From: Candidatus Sulfotelmatobacter sp.
Lineage (GTDB): Bacteria; Acidobacteriota; Terriglobia; Terriglobales; Acidobacteriaceae
Assembly: GCA_035710725.1 (NCBI GenBank)
Contig: DASTCY010000038.1
Span: 7,495-71,494 of the forward strand
Direction: 5' to 3'
DNA length: 64,000 bases
This document shows positions 7,763 to 16,361 of the stretch, piece after piece; the first letter of the stretch is position 1, and the number at the start of each line of letters is the position of its first letter. Position numbers and translations under genes: made by a program. Below the pieces are notes generated by a model that worked only from the letters and a program-made list of their open reading frames with translations, made no database searches and was not told where the DNA came from.

Positions 7763-9484
7763 ATGGGACACTCCCTCATGCACAAACTCACCTGTCGTTA
7801 CCTTGCCATTTGGTTTTTCCTAACCACCGCGAGCTGCATTGTTCTCTCCGCAAAGGATAAGGAGAAGGAAAAAGAAAATAATCCTGAGATCAAGTTTACG
7901 ACGCACAGCGAACTGGTGCTGGTTCCAACGTTAGTCACCGACAAATCGGGGGCCCACATCAGCGGTCTGAAGCAGGAAGACTTCAGGGTCTTCGAAAATG
8001 GCTCAGAACGGAAGATCGCCACCTTTGAGGAAATCACCAGCGATACACAGCGGCTGGCACGCACAAGGAATGCCAATGAATTCAGCAATGCAATAACGGG
8101 CAACGAAGCGAATCGGCGCCTTACGCTGATCGTGCTCGATTTGATCAACACACCTGTCACAGATCAGTTCTTCGCCCGGAAAGACCTGCTTAAGTATCTG
8201 ACCGAATCGCTCGACCGGCGCGAACCGACCGCGCTCTACACACTGACGCGCAGCGGCATTCACATTGTGCACGACTTCACGAGTGATCCACGGGTGCTGA
8301 TCGCGGCCCTGCACAAGGTGAAAGGCGATGCGGGACAAATGGTCGATACGCCGGAAGAAACCGAGATGATGACCGGAACAGCCAGTCCGGATGGGAGTGC
8401 AGGCCTCGATCCCGGCGTCGTCCAGACGGAAGCCACCCAACTGCAGGCCATGTTGGAGGATGCGGAACTCAACTTCCAGTCGTTCGAGCAGCGGCTGGCT
8501 ATCACTTACACGCTGGAAGGAATGCAGCAGGTGGCACAAGCCTTGGGTGGGATATCGGGACGTAAGTCGCTCATCTGGGCCGGAGGCGGATTTCCTTTCA
8601 GCATTAGCGATACGACAATGCAGCTGGCTCCTGCGGGACGCGATTCGCTCGGGGATATCCTGCCCATGTATGAGCACACCTGGCAATTGTTGAACAACGC
8701 GCAGGTGGCCGTCTATCCGATCGACGTCAAAGGACTGCAACCGGTAAGTGCGAGCGCATCGATTTCGAACCCAGGACGGCGTTACGTCCAGAACATGAGC
8801 TGGAGGCAGATGGACACGCACTCCACGCTGCAAACGTTTGCGGGGATGACTGGAGGCCGTGCCTACTACAACTCCAATGATTTGGTAAAAGGATTTCGCG
8901 ATGCAGTACGCGACTCGTCGGAATACTACATGCTCGGCTACTACCTCGATCAATCAAATCCGAGGCCGGGCTGGCGCAAGCTTTCCGTGAAAGTGAAACG
9001 GGAACACATTGAGGTGCGCGCGCGCAGCGGGTTCTTCGTAACGAATGCGACGATGAATCCGTCGAGCCATCGCGATAGCGATCTGCTGGAAGCGCTGCGC
9101 TCTCCACTGGATTACACCGCCATCTCGCTATCCGCACGTTGGGACCGAACGGAACCCGGCACGGAAGTAGGGAAAAAACGTGTGCACTACTCGATCAATC
9201 TTCCGCTGGATCGGACTCTCATCGATGCCAGCGACAGTAACCACATGGCGCTGGAGTTCCTAGCATTGGCGAAGACTGGTGAGGGCAAGCAGATCGATCG
9301 TCCCATGGGGAATCGGTACGCGTTTCATGCGACCGCCGAAAACCTGGCAAAGTTTGAAAAAGAAGGTTTGAACTACCACGGAACGCTGGAGCTCGCACCG
9401 GGAGAGTATACGGTCCGCTTCGTCGTGCGGGATGACCTAAGCGGGCGATTGGGGTCGGTGAGTGCACCGCTGAAGGTGGAATGA
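7763..9484 (+). CDS. VWA-domain protein of the acidobacterial VWFA-related type, exported
   Basis: 573 aa. Signal/TM YLAIWFFLTTASCIVLSA. The N-terminal block ELVLVPTLVTDKSGAHISGLKQEDFRVFENG...IATFEE and the LIVLDLINTP / SLIWAGGGFPF blocks are typical of this family. Confidence 0.7.
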   Translation: MGHSLMHKLTCRYLAIWFFLTTASCIVLSAKDKEKEKENNPEIKFTTHSELVLVPTLVTDKSGAHISGLKQEDFRVFENGSERKIATFEEITSDTQRLARTRNANEFSNAITGNEANRRLTLIVLDLINTPVTDQFFARKDLLKYLTESLDRREPTALYTLTRSGIHIVHDFTSDPRVLIAALHKVKGDAGQMVDTPEETEMMTGTASPDGSAGLDPGVVQTEATQLQAMLEDAELNFQSFEQRLAITYTLEGMQQVAQALGGISGRKSLIWAGGGFPFSISDTTMQLAPAGRDSLGDILPMYEHTWQLLNNAQVAVYPIDVKGLQPVSASASISNPGRRYVQNMSWRQMDTHSTLQTFAGMTGGRAYYNSNDLVKGFRDAVRDSSEYYMLGYYLDQSNPRPGWRKLSVKVKREHIEVRARSGFFVTNATMNPSSHRDSDLLEALRSPLDYTAISLSARWDRTEPGTEVGKKRVHYSINLPLDRTLIDASDSNHMALEFLALAKTGEGKQIDRPMGNRYAFHATAENLAKFEKEGLNYHGTLELAPGEYTVRFVVRDDLSGRLGSVSAPLKVE

Positions 9485-9541
9485 GAGGGAAACTGTGGTG
9501 TTTCCGCACCTAATATGAGTGCGACCTGAGGTCTGAATGGT

Positions 9542-9578
9542 TTGACAAAAGGCCTAGTTTGGCATATGCTTTGGCATA
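9542..9578 (+). promoter_or_regulatory. sigma-70-like promoter TTGACA-17-TATGCT with overlapping direct repeat TTTGGCATA x2 (candidate VapB operator)
   Basis: TTGACA at 9542-9547, TATGCT at 9565-9570. TTTGGCATA occurs at 9558-9566 and 9570-9578 (12-bp period), overlapping the -10 box and the predicted start site. The vapB ATG is at 9590. Confidence 0.45.
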
Positions 9579-9589
9579 GGCCAAGCTTG

Positions 9590-9823
9590 ATGAGCATCGA
9601 ACGTCACATCAAAGTCTTCCGGAATGGTCGCAACCGGGCGGTGCGCATCCCCCGCGAATTCGAATTCCCCGGCGATGATGCCGTCATGCGAAAAGAGGGT
9701 AATAAGCTCATTATCGAACCCGCTCCTCCGCGGTCGCTGCTCGAGGTGTTAGCGACGCTGAAACCACTCACCGAAGATTTTCCTCCGATCGTGGATCGAC
9801 TGCCTGAACCTGCCGAATTCTGA
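9590..9823 (+). CDS. vapB: VapB-type antitoxin (AbrB/SpoVT fold)
   Basis: ORF 9542-9823 trimmed to ATG 9590. MSIERHIKVFRNGRNRAVRIPREFEF is the SpoVT/AbrB-like swapped-hairpin motif. The stop overlaps the vapC start (TGATG). Confidence 0.85.
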   Translation: MSIERHIKVFRNGRNRAVRIPREFEFPGDDAVMRKEGNKLIIEPAPPRSLLEVLATLKPLTEDFPPIVDRLPEPAEF

Positions 9824-10221
9824 TGCGTTATTTGCTCGACACCAATATCGTGTCGGACCTGATCCGCAATCCGCAAGGGAAGGTGGCACTGCGTGTAAGG
9901 AGGGCAGGGGAACACAATGTGTGTACAAGCATCATCGTAGCCGCGGAACTGCGTTACGGCGCGGCCAAGAAAGCTTCGACGCAACTCTCAGCTCAGATGG
10001 AATTGGTGCTGGGAGCACTGGACGTTCTTCCTTTCGAGTCCCCCGCCGATGAAGTTTGCGGTTCGATCCGAACGCGGCTTGAACACGCCGGTCAGCCGAT
10101 TGGGGCTAACGATCTGCTGATCGCAGCTCACGCGCTTGCTCTGGGCTGCATCCTCGTTACCGACAACGAAAACGAGTTCGCGCGCGTCGCCGGTCTTTCG
10201 CGTGAGAACTGGCTGCGCTAG
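9823..10221 (+). CDS. vapC: VapC-type PIN-domain toxin
   Basis: 132 aa. MRYLLDTNIVSDL carries the first acidic PIN residue. Further conserved acidic positions lie in AAELRYG and LIAAHALALGCILVTDNENEF. Confidence 0.88.
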   Translation: MRYLLDTNIVSDLIRNPQGKVALRVRRAGEHNVCTSIIVAAELRYGAAKKASTQLSAQMELVLGALDVLPFESPADEVCGSIRTRLEHAGQPIGANDLLIAAHALALGCILVTDNENEFARVAGLSRENWLR

Positions 10222-10286
10222 GTCCAGAGAGTGTTCCAGCCGGATCTTAGCTTGTCTTTTCGCTCCCGTAGTAAGCTAGTACGGGG

Positions 10287-11762
10287 ATGTCCAGCGAGAA
10301 AATCATGGTGGTCGACGACGAGCGCCTGGTGCGCTGGTCGCTGCGGCAGAAGTGTGAAGAGTGGGGATACCAGGTGGTGGAGGCACCCGCCGGCGAGCCC
10401 GCCTTGCGTCTCGCTCAGCACGAGACTCCTGACCTGATTCTGCTCGATGTTCGCCTGCCCGATCTGAATGGGCTGCAGGTCCTCGAACAGCTGAAGAAGA
10501 ACGGCGATGCGCGCCAAGTCATTATGATTACCGCCGATCCTCAGCTCGATGACGTGAAGAGCGCGCTGAAGCTAGGCGCGTATGACTTCATTGGCAAGCC
10601 GCTCGATTTCGACGAGCTGCACGTCACGATCCAGAATGCGCTCGAAACGAACCGGCTGCGGACAGAAGTTCAATCACTGCGCGGTGAGGTGCGGCGGCGC
10701 ACGGGATATCACGAGGTCGTGGCCGTCTCGCCGAAGATGACCGAATTGATGAGCTTCATCCGTAAAGTTGCGTCCAGCGAAGCGACGACGATCCTGATCC
10801 AGGGCGAGAGCGGCACGGGCAAAGACCTGGTGGCGAAGGCGATTCATTACGAGAGCACGCGGCAGGACAATGCCTTTGTCGCGATCAACTGCTCGGCAAT
10901 TCCCGAAACCCTGATGGAAGCCGAGCTTTTCGGGCACGAAAAAGGCGCCTTCACCGACGCCAAGCAAATGAAGAAGGGCCTGTTCGAGGCGGCTGATGGA
11001 GGAACTCTATTTCTGGATGAGATCGGCGAACTCTCGCCACTGCTGCAGGCGAAGCTGCTGCGAGTATTGGAAGATCAGGTGATCCGGCGGGTCGGCGGGG
11101 TGCGCGACATGCAAGTCGATGTGCGGGTGATTGCAGCATCGAATCGCGACCTGGAAAAAGCGGTGCGCGAGGGACAGTTCCGGCAGGATCTCTACTATCG
11201 CCTGGCGATCATCGCCATTTTTATTCCTCCACTGCGGGAAAGAAATGAAGACATTCTGCCGCTGGTGGAGTTCTTCATCGATCGATACAACAAGAAGTTT
11301 AAGAAGAACGTACGCGGCATCTCGGCCGAGACGCGGCGGCTGATGATGGCGCACAACTGGCCGGGGAATGTTCGCGAGCTGAAGAATTCGATCGAGCGGG
11401 CCATGATTCTGGAGGATGAGCCGATTTTGCGTCCGCTTTATATGCCCTTTGCGGTGGGGGAGGCGGCGCGCAGCGGACTGACCGCATTCGAGCACAGCAG
11501 CAGCACGTCGGCCGACGGAGGCACGAAGCAATTGCCGAATGGACGCGTACTGCCGCGCCTTTACATTCCGGAAGAAGGCACATCGCTCGAAGAGGTTGAA
11601 CGCGCGATGGTTGAACTGGCCATGCGCCAGTCGAACGGCAATCAGACGCACGCAGCGCGACTGCTCGATATCAGCCGTGACGCGCTGAGGTACAAGCTGA
11701 AGAAGTTCGATCTGGTTCCAGGCGATGAGGAAGAGCCGGATTCGATCTCTGCCGACGGCTGA
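10287..11762 (+). CDS. sigma-54-dependent response regulator (REC + AAA+ + Fis-type HTH), NtrC family
   Basis: REC (IMVVDDE...LILLDVRLPDLNG), Walker A GESGTGKD, sigma-54 contact loop present as GAFTDA, Walker B FLDEIGEL, C-terminal HTH AARLLDISRDALRYKLKKF. Confidence 0.92.
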   Translation: MSSEKIMVVDDERLVRWSLRQKCEEWGYQVVEAPAGEPALRLAQHETPDLILLDVRLPDLNGLQVLEQLKKNGDARQVIMITADPQLDDVKSALKLGAYDFIGKPLDFDELHVTIQNALETNRLRTEVQSLRGEVRRRTGYHEVVAVSPKMTELMSFIRKVASSEATTILIQGESGTGKDLVAKAIHYESTRQDNAFVAINCSAIPETLMEAELFGHEKGAFTDAKQMKKGLFEAADGGTLFLDEIGELSPLLQAKLLRVLEDQVIRRVGGVRDMQVDVRVIAASNRDLEKAVREGQFRQDLYYRLAIIAIFIPPLRERNEDILPLVEFFIDRYNKKFKKNVRGISAETRRLMMAHNWPGNVRELKNSIERAMILEDEPILRPLYMPFAVGEAARSGLTAFEHSSSTSADGGTKQLPNGRVLPRLYIPEEGTSLEEVERAMVELAMRQSNGNQTHAARLLDISRDALRYKLKKFDLVPGDEEEPDSISADG

Positions 11763-11854
11763 GGCGGCACGGTTGAGGAGACGCGGAAAGTCCTTGGTGA
11801 GAAAAAGCAGCCCTCAGGCGCTAAAGCGCGGGCATATTTCTTGGTTCCTTACTG

Positions 11855-11875
11855 GCACGAGTAAAACTCGTGCCC
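11855..11875. repeat. REP-like hairpin GGCACGAG-TAAAA-CTCGTGCC followed by CTTCC (family member 1)
   Basis: 8-bp perfect stem 93 nt after the regulator stop. Same architecture and flank (GCCCTTCC) as the hairpin at 23227-23246. May also act as a terminator or mRNA stabiliser. Confidence 0.5.
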
Positions 11876-11961
11876 TTCCCGATTATTACTCTCTGATTCG
11901 TGTTTCCGCAGGCTGTGAAGCCGTACTCCTTCTCGAACGATTAATGAGACAGATCCTACTG

Positions 11962-12978
11962 CTACTTGATGTCTTTCATCGTCAGCAAAGTCCCATAGTC
12001 GTGGCCGCTGGGATCGACTGCTCGCGCCACGATCGCGGCGAATGCATCGCGCAATTCGGGATACTTCGCGAGTAGAGCTTTCATGACGGCGACATTGTTC
12101 TGATAGGTCTGGTTGGTGTTGGAAATGTCGCTAGCCTGGTATTTGATGATCAGATCGAGATCGTTTCCCACCACCTGCGGAAAAACGTCGATGAGCTTAT
12201 ACGTCGCGGCGCCAGCAGGCAGGTCCACGATTTTGCCATCTGCGGGAAGGTCAGAGGGCTGCAACTTTTGCGACTCGTCATAAAGTTTATCGGTCGCGGC
12301 CGTGCTCATGAACGGCAGCGGCGAAATCAGGCTGCGCGCCTCGAGAAAATAGAGCCAGGCATTGTGCTGTTGGCCTTTGTTCTTGTATTCGCGAGCACGA
12401 GCGGCAAACCAGTCGCTGTCGTGGCCGCCAAACTGCAATTCCTTGATGTAGAGTCCGCCCAGCTTCCAGTCGCTGCCTACCTGCTGCAGAACAAACGACA
12501 CCGCGGTCGGAACCTTGACTGGAGCTGCGTCCATGATGACGACGGCGTATTTGCCAGGGGGAAGATTGTTGAGATAAAAGGCGGCGCTGTTGGAGGTTTG
12601 CCCGGACTTGCCGAACACTCCGCACAGGAACTCGGCGCGGGCAATGGGGCCCGAACCTTCGGCCACAAGCACGAAAGCGGGCCGTGCGGCGCCGCGACTC
12701 CCGGCTAGTGCCTGCTGATGATCCTTGACCGTCGCCTCAATTCCGGCGAAAACGGAGGCCACGCTGGGTATGGCGTTCTGACGGAGCGAAGCCGCGTCGC
12801 CACGAACAACCATATCGAAGTAACGACTGCCGGTTGTAGTTAGCGCGGTGTTGGTCGCTGCGTCCATGTCACTGGCCGTCTGGCAAGTTTCCGATCGGGC
12901 AGTCAGGGAAGAAAGCAGCAAAGCGAGCAGCGAAACGAAACCGCGAAATCGAAGCGTCGACAAGACAGAAGAAGACAT
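11962..12978 (-). CDS. hypothetical exported protein
   Basis: 338-aa ORF with a signal peptide (FVSLLALLLSSLTARS). I recognise no motif. Confidence 0.6.
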   Translation of the reverse strand: MSSSVLSTLRFRGFVSLLALLLSSLTARSETCQTASDMDAATNTALTTTGSRYFDMVVRGDAASLRQNAIPSVASVFAGIEATVKDHQQALAGSRGAARPAFVLVAEGSGPIARAEFLCGVFGKSGQTSNSAAFYLNNLPPGKYAVVIMDAAPVKVPTAVSFVLQQVGSDWKLGGLYIKELQFGGHDSDWFAARAREYKNKGQQHNAWLYFLEARSLISPLPFMSTAATDKLYDESQKLQPSDLPADGKIVDLPAGAATYKLIDVFPQVVGNDLDLIIKYQASDISNTNQTYQNNVAVMKALLAKYPELRDAFAAIVARAVDPSGHDYGTLLTMKDIK

Positions 12979-13123
12979 ATTGCGCCCTTGCTCAGTTAAT
13001 TAGGGGAACATCCACCTTGAAATTGTACGACGGTTCAGGCACTTGGATGTGGCAACTGAGAATCTTAGCCGGAAATGGGCAAGCCACACGCATGTTCCAT
13101 CTCAGGTAGGTCAAAGCGATACC

Positions 13124-13279
13124 TAAGGAAGCTCTGATTAAGCCTGCGAAGAGTGAGGCGAGCGGAGGCAGTGGAAGAAACTCCTCGCGAAGCCACTGCT
13201 GGAGCCGACTGGCATGGGGTCCTTCGCTGCGCTCAGGATGACAGACCGAAAAGAGTGGAAGTTAATCAGAGCTTCCCTA
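13124..13279. mobile_element. MITE-like element, copy A (~156 bp, 18-bp terminal inverted repeats)
   Basis: Left end TAAGGAAGCTCTGATTAA (13124-13141) versus the reverse complement of the right end, TAGGGAAGCTCTGATTAA (13262-13279): 17/18. The interior (...CCTCGCGAAGCC...GGGGTCCTTCGCTGCGCTCAGGATGACA...) is highly similar to copy B at 21759-21912. No coding capacity. Abuts the permease stop codon. Confidence 0.6.
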
Positions 13280-13280
13280 A

Positions 13281-14696
13281 TCAGCTAGAACTTTGTTGGA
13301 TTGTCGTTACATGGTTGCGGCGACGATAGAGTATCCATAGATATGCGACTGGCCCGGAAGCCAAGTTGAGCAGCCCCCATTTTCGGGTCGGGACATCGCT
13401 GTTGATCATGGCCCACAGGAAAAGCAGAGTGGGAAGGACCACCATCATGAACGCACCGAACGTACCGCCGGGAGCGCGGAAGCTTCTGGGAGTGTCGGGG
13501 TACTTGCGCCGGAATTGCCAAAACGAAAGCATGGTTTGCAAAGAGGTTGCCATGCGCGTCCACGCATAGACCGCGATAAGCTGCGGCACGGAAAAAACGG
13601 CCAACGCGGCACATAGCGCCGCCGATAGAACGATGGAGCGTACCGGCGTTCCGTAGCGTTCGCTTACTTTCCCTAATGCGGGATGAAAATAGCCATCCTC
13701 GGCCATGGTGAGGGGCAAGCGCGAAACCGACAAGACCGTGCTGTCAAGCAAGGCGAAATTTCCGATCAGGCTGGCGACGAAGATTCCTGTGCCCAGAACA
13801 TTGCCGCCGATCAGCCGGCCGGCTGTGACCAGGTAGCCGGTCTCCCATTGTTGCCAATTGCCGAGAGCCGCGAGACCGGCGGCGAGTGTGACTACGTAGG
13901 CCGCGATGGAAAGAGGAATCACGATGCCGAGGCCGATAGGGAAGTTGCGTTCCGGTTTTTCCACCTCCTCAATCACCGTAGAAAGCTGTTCGTAACCGGC
14001 GTAGGTCCAAAGCGCAATCGCCAAGCCCACTCCGTAGGCGCTCTGCCAGGGCTTGCCCGTTGGAAGAAACGGGTGAAACGGATTGAAGTGGGCCTGGTGA
14101 AAACCGAGCACGATGAAAACCAGCAGCGGCACAGCCATGATCAAAAGGAGAACCAGGGTTAACTTGCCGACCAGTTGAATGCCTCGCGCATTGAGGTAGG
14201 ACACTCCGGAAATGAATAGAACGGCTAAGGCCCAGTGTTCCATCCGCGAATGCAGGTGAAACCAATTGTCGAAGTAGTCGGCAAACGACACGCCGTATGA
14301 GGCACTCATCAGGAAGGTGCCCGTCCAATTCCACCAGCCACACTGGAAGCCCCAGAAGTCGCCCAGGGCGGTGCGACTCCAACGGTAGAATCCGCCTTCC
14401 ACAGGCATCATGGTGGTCAGTTCGGCAGTGGCCAGGGAAATCGGAACGGAGAAAAGAAAGGGCACAACGATCAGGAAGATCAGTCCCAGCCCCGGCCCGG
14501 AGCCGGAAACCATCGACTCCAGGGCAAACGGTCCGCCCGTGCAGTAGCCGAAGAGCACAGCCACGAATGGGGCCAAGCCGATCCGTCGCAGGTTTTTCGT
14601 AGGAGCGTACAGAGAAGTTGGGAGCGAGTGCTTCGGGTCAGACGGTGGCTCTGGCAAAGACGCTTTCCCCCAGTCGCGGGACAGCAGAGCGAACAT
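13281..14696 (-). CDS. APC-superfamily amino acid/polyamine permease
   Basis: 471 aa, about 12 predicted TM segments. N-terminal LAPFVAVLFGYCTGGPFALE and overall hydrophobic periodicity are typical of APC transporters. Confidence 0.8.
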   Translation of the reverse strand: MFALLSRDWGKASLPEPPSDPKHSLPTSLYAPTKNLRRIGLAPFVAVLFGYCTGGPFALESMVSGSGPGLGLIFLIVVPFLFSVPISLATAELTTMMPVEGGFYRWSRTALGDFWGFQCGWWNWTGTFLMSASYGVSFADYFDNWFHLHSRMEHWALAVLFISGVSYLNARGIQLVGKLTLVLLLIMAVPLLVFIVLGFHQAHFNPFHPFLPTGKPWQSAYGVGLAIALWTYAGYEQLSTVIEEVEKPERNFPIGLGIVIPLSIAAYVVTLAAGLAALGNWQQWETGYLVTAGRLIGGNVLGTGIFVASLIGNFALLDSTVLSVSRLPLTMAEDGYFHPALGKVSERYGTPVRSIVLSAALCAALAVFSVPQLIAVYAWTRMATSLQTMLSFWQFRRKYPDTPRSFRAPGGTFGAFMMVVLPTLLFLWAMINSDVPTRKWGLLNLASGPVAYLWILYRRRNHVTTIQQSSS

Positions 14697-14750
14697 TAAA
14701 GAACATTGAGTGCGACGCTGGCAAGCTCGGTTAGCCTGGGTTGCAGGGGC

Positions 14751-15096
14751 GATGCGGAGCGGCTAGGGATCGGCCGAAAAGTTTTTTCGCGCCTGCCGGA
14801 GGAGTCCGTGGCGACGGAGATCCCTCGTCGCGCTGGTAAAAGCGGGCGACTTCGGGATGACAACGGCATAATGACGCGGCTAGGGCGGCAAAGTTTTTTG
14901 GCGCTTGCCGGAGGAGTCCGTGGCGACGGAGATCCCTCGTCGCGCTGGTGAAAGCGCGCGACTTCGGGATGACAACGGCATAATGACGCGGCGCGGGATC
15001 GGCCGGTTTTGTCGCGCTTGCCGGAGGAGTCCGTGGCAATGGAGATCCCTCGTCGCGCTGGTAAAAGCGCGCGACTTCGGGATGACAACGGCAAAT
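14751..15096. repeat. tandem array, 3 copies of a ~112-bp unit
   Basis: Units at 14751-14872, 14873-14984 and 14985-15096. The anchor TGCCGGAGGAGTCCGTGGC recurs at 14794, 14906 and 15019. Each unit holds short hairpins (GCGACG..CGTCGC, CGCGCT..AGCGCG) and ends ...CGACTTCGGGATGACAACGGC. Located between the ADH stop and the permease start. Confidence 0.9.
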
Positions 15097-15136
15097 TCCT
15101 GGTGGGTCCTGGCAGATCCTGGCAGATCTCACCAGT

Positions 15137-16240
15137 TCATCTCAGCGACGCAATATCAATCACGAAGCGGTATTTCACGTCATTCTTCAACAAACGATCG
15201 TAGGCACGGTCGATCTCGTTGACTCCGATCATTTCGATGTCGGAGGTGACGTTGTGCTGACCGCAGAAGTCGAGCATCTCCTGGGTTTCGCGGATGCCGC
15301 CGATAATTGAGCCGGCAATCTTCTTGCGACCAAACAGCAAGCCGGCGACCTCGAGTGGCAGAGGTTCTGAAGGGGCTCCTACGAATGCAAGCGTTCCATC
15401 CCGCTTGAGCAGATTGATATAGGGATTGATGTTGTGGGCCGCGGGCACGGTATCGAGGATGAAGTCGAACGTGTTGGCGTGCTTCTGCATGTCAGCGTCA
15501 TTCTTCGAGTTCACAGCCTCGTGCGCTCCTAGCCGAATCGCATCTGGGACTTTGTTAGGGCTGGTGGTGAACACCACTACATTGGCGCCGAATGCCGCTG
15601 CCAGTTTCACGGCCATGTGGCCCAGCCCGCCAAGGCCGATCACTCCAACTTTCTGGCCGGCCCGGACATTGGCGTGGCGCAAGGGGGAGTACGTGGTAAT
15701 CCCAGCGCAGAGCAGAGGGGCTGCCGCGGCCAAGTTCAGGTTCTTGGGCACGTGTAGAGCAAAGTCTTCGTCCACCACGACGCTCTGCGAATATCCGCCA
15801 TAGGTTACGCCTCCCAGGTGCTTGTCGGGCGAGTTGTAGGTGAAGATGGGTTGGCTGGCGCAGAACTGCTCTTCGCCTTCGCGGCAAGCATCACAGGTGC
15901 GGTCGGAATCGACCATGCAGCCCACACCGGCCAGGTCGCCTGGTTTGAACTTCGTGACCGCACTACCGGTTTTCACTACACGTCCAATGATCTCGTGGCC
16001 GGGGACGCAAGGATACGTGGTCGGCATAAAGGCGGCAAAATCGTTGTGCACGAAATGCACGTCGGTATGGCAGATGCCGCAATAAAGAATTTCGATCTGG
16101 ACATCCTTGGGTTGCGGCGCACGCCGGGGAATGTTCATCGCCGCCATGCCCGAACGCACACTCTGCGCGGCATAGGCTCGTGCGCTGTAGGTTTGCGGTG
16201 ATGGGGATTCATCGGGAACTATCGCTCGCATCGCGCTCAT
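15137..16240 (-). CDS. zinc-dependent NAD(P) alcohol dehydrogenase (cinnamyl-ADH/YahK-like)
   Basis: ORF 15137-16444 trimmed to ATG 16240 (AAGGAGG upstream). Zn ligand motifs CGICHTDVH and PGHEIIGRV, structural-Zn Cys cluster CDACREGEEQFC, Rossmann GVIGLGGLGHMAVKLA. Confidence 0.88.
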   Translation of the reverse strand: MSAMRAIVPDESPSPQTYSARAYAAQSVRSGMAAMNIPRRAPQPKDVQIEILYCGICHTDVHFVHNDFAAFMPTTYPCVPGHEIIGRVVKTGSAVTKFKPGDLAGVGCMVDSDRTCDACREGEEQFCASQPIFTYNSPDKHLGGVTYGGYSQSVVVDEDFALHVPKNLNLAAAAPLLCAGITTYSPLRHANVRAGQKVGVIGLGGLGHMAVKLAAAFGANVVVFTTSPNKVPDAIRLGAHEAVNSKNDADMQKHANTFDFILDTVPAAHNINPYINLLKRDGTLAFVGAPSEPLPLEVAGLLFGRKKIAGSIIGGIRETQEMLDFCGQHNVTSDIEMIGVNEIDRAYDRLLKNDVKYRFVIDIASLR

Positions 16241-16361
16241 GTGGGCCTCCTTGGTGCGCGGTTGGTCGGCTCGATAGAAAATCGCGCCGCCGACTCGTCC
16301 GATAGGACGCTTGCTCTCGAAACAGTGAAATTCTACTGCTCGGTGCAGATTGCCGTCCAAC

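Noticed and set aside
8003-8953. 316-aa antisense ORF in the VWA gene; likewise 39867-40718, 48794-49846, 11007-11651, 22261-23019 and 617-1486
   Set aside because: All are antisense or off-frame shadows of genes with clear family motifs. They are GC-rich-frame artefacts.
14751-15096. Possible CRISPR array
   Set aside because: The units are ~112 bp and contiguous, with no unique spacers between short repeats. No cas genes are in the window.
14696-15132. Two overlapping ~132-aa ORFs spanning the 112-bp tandem repeats
   Set aside because: Both frames stay open only because the repeat unit lacks stops. Their peptides are repeats of each other and match the intergenic repeat family, not a protein.
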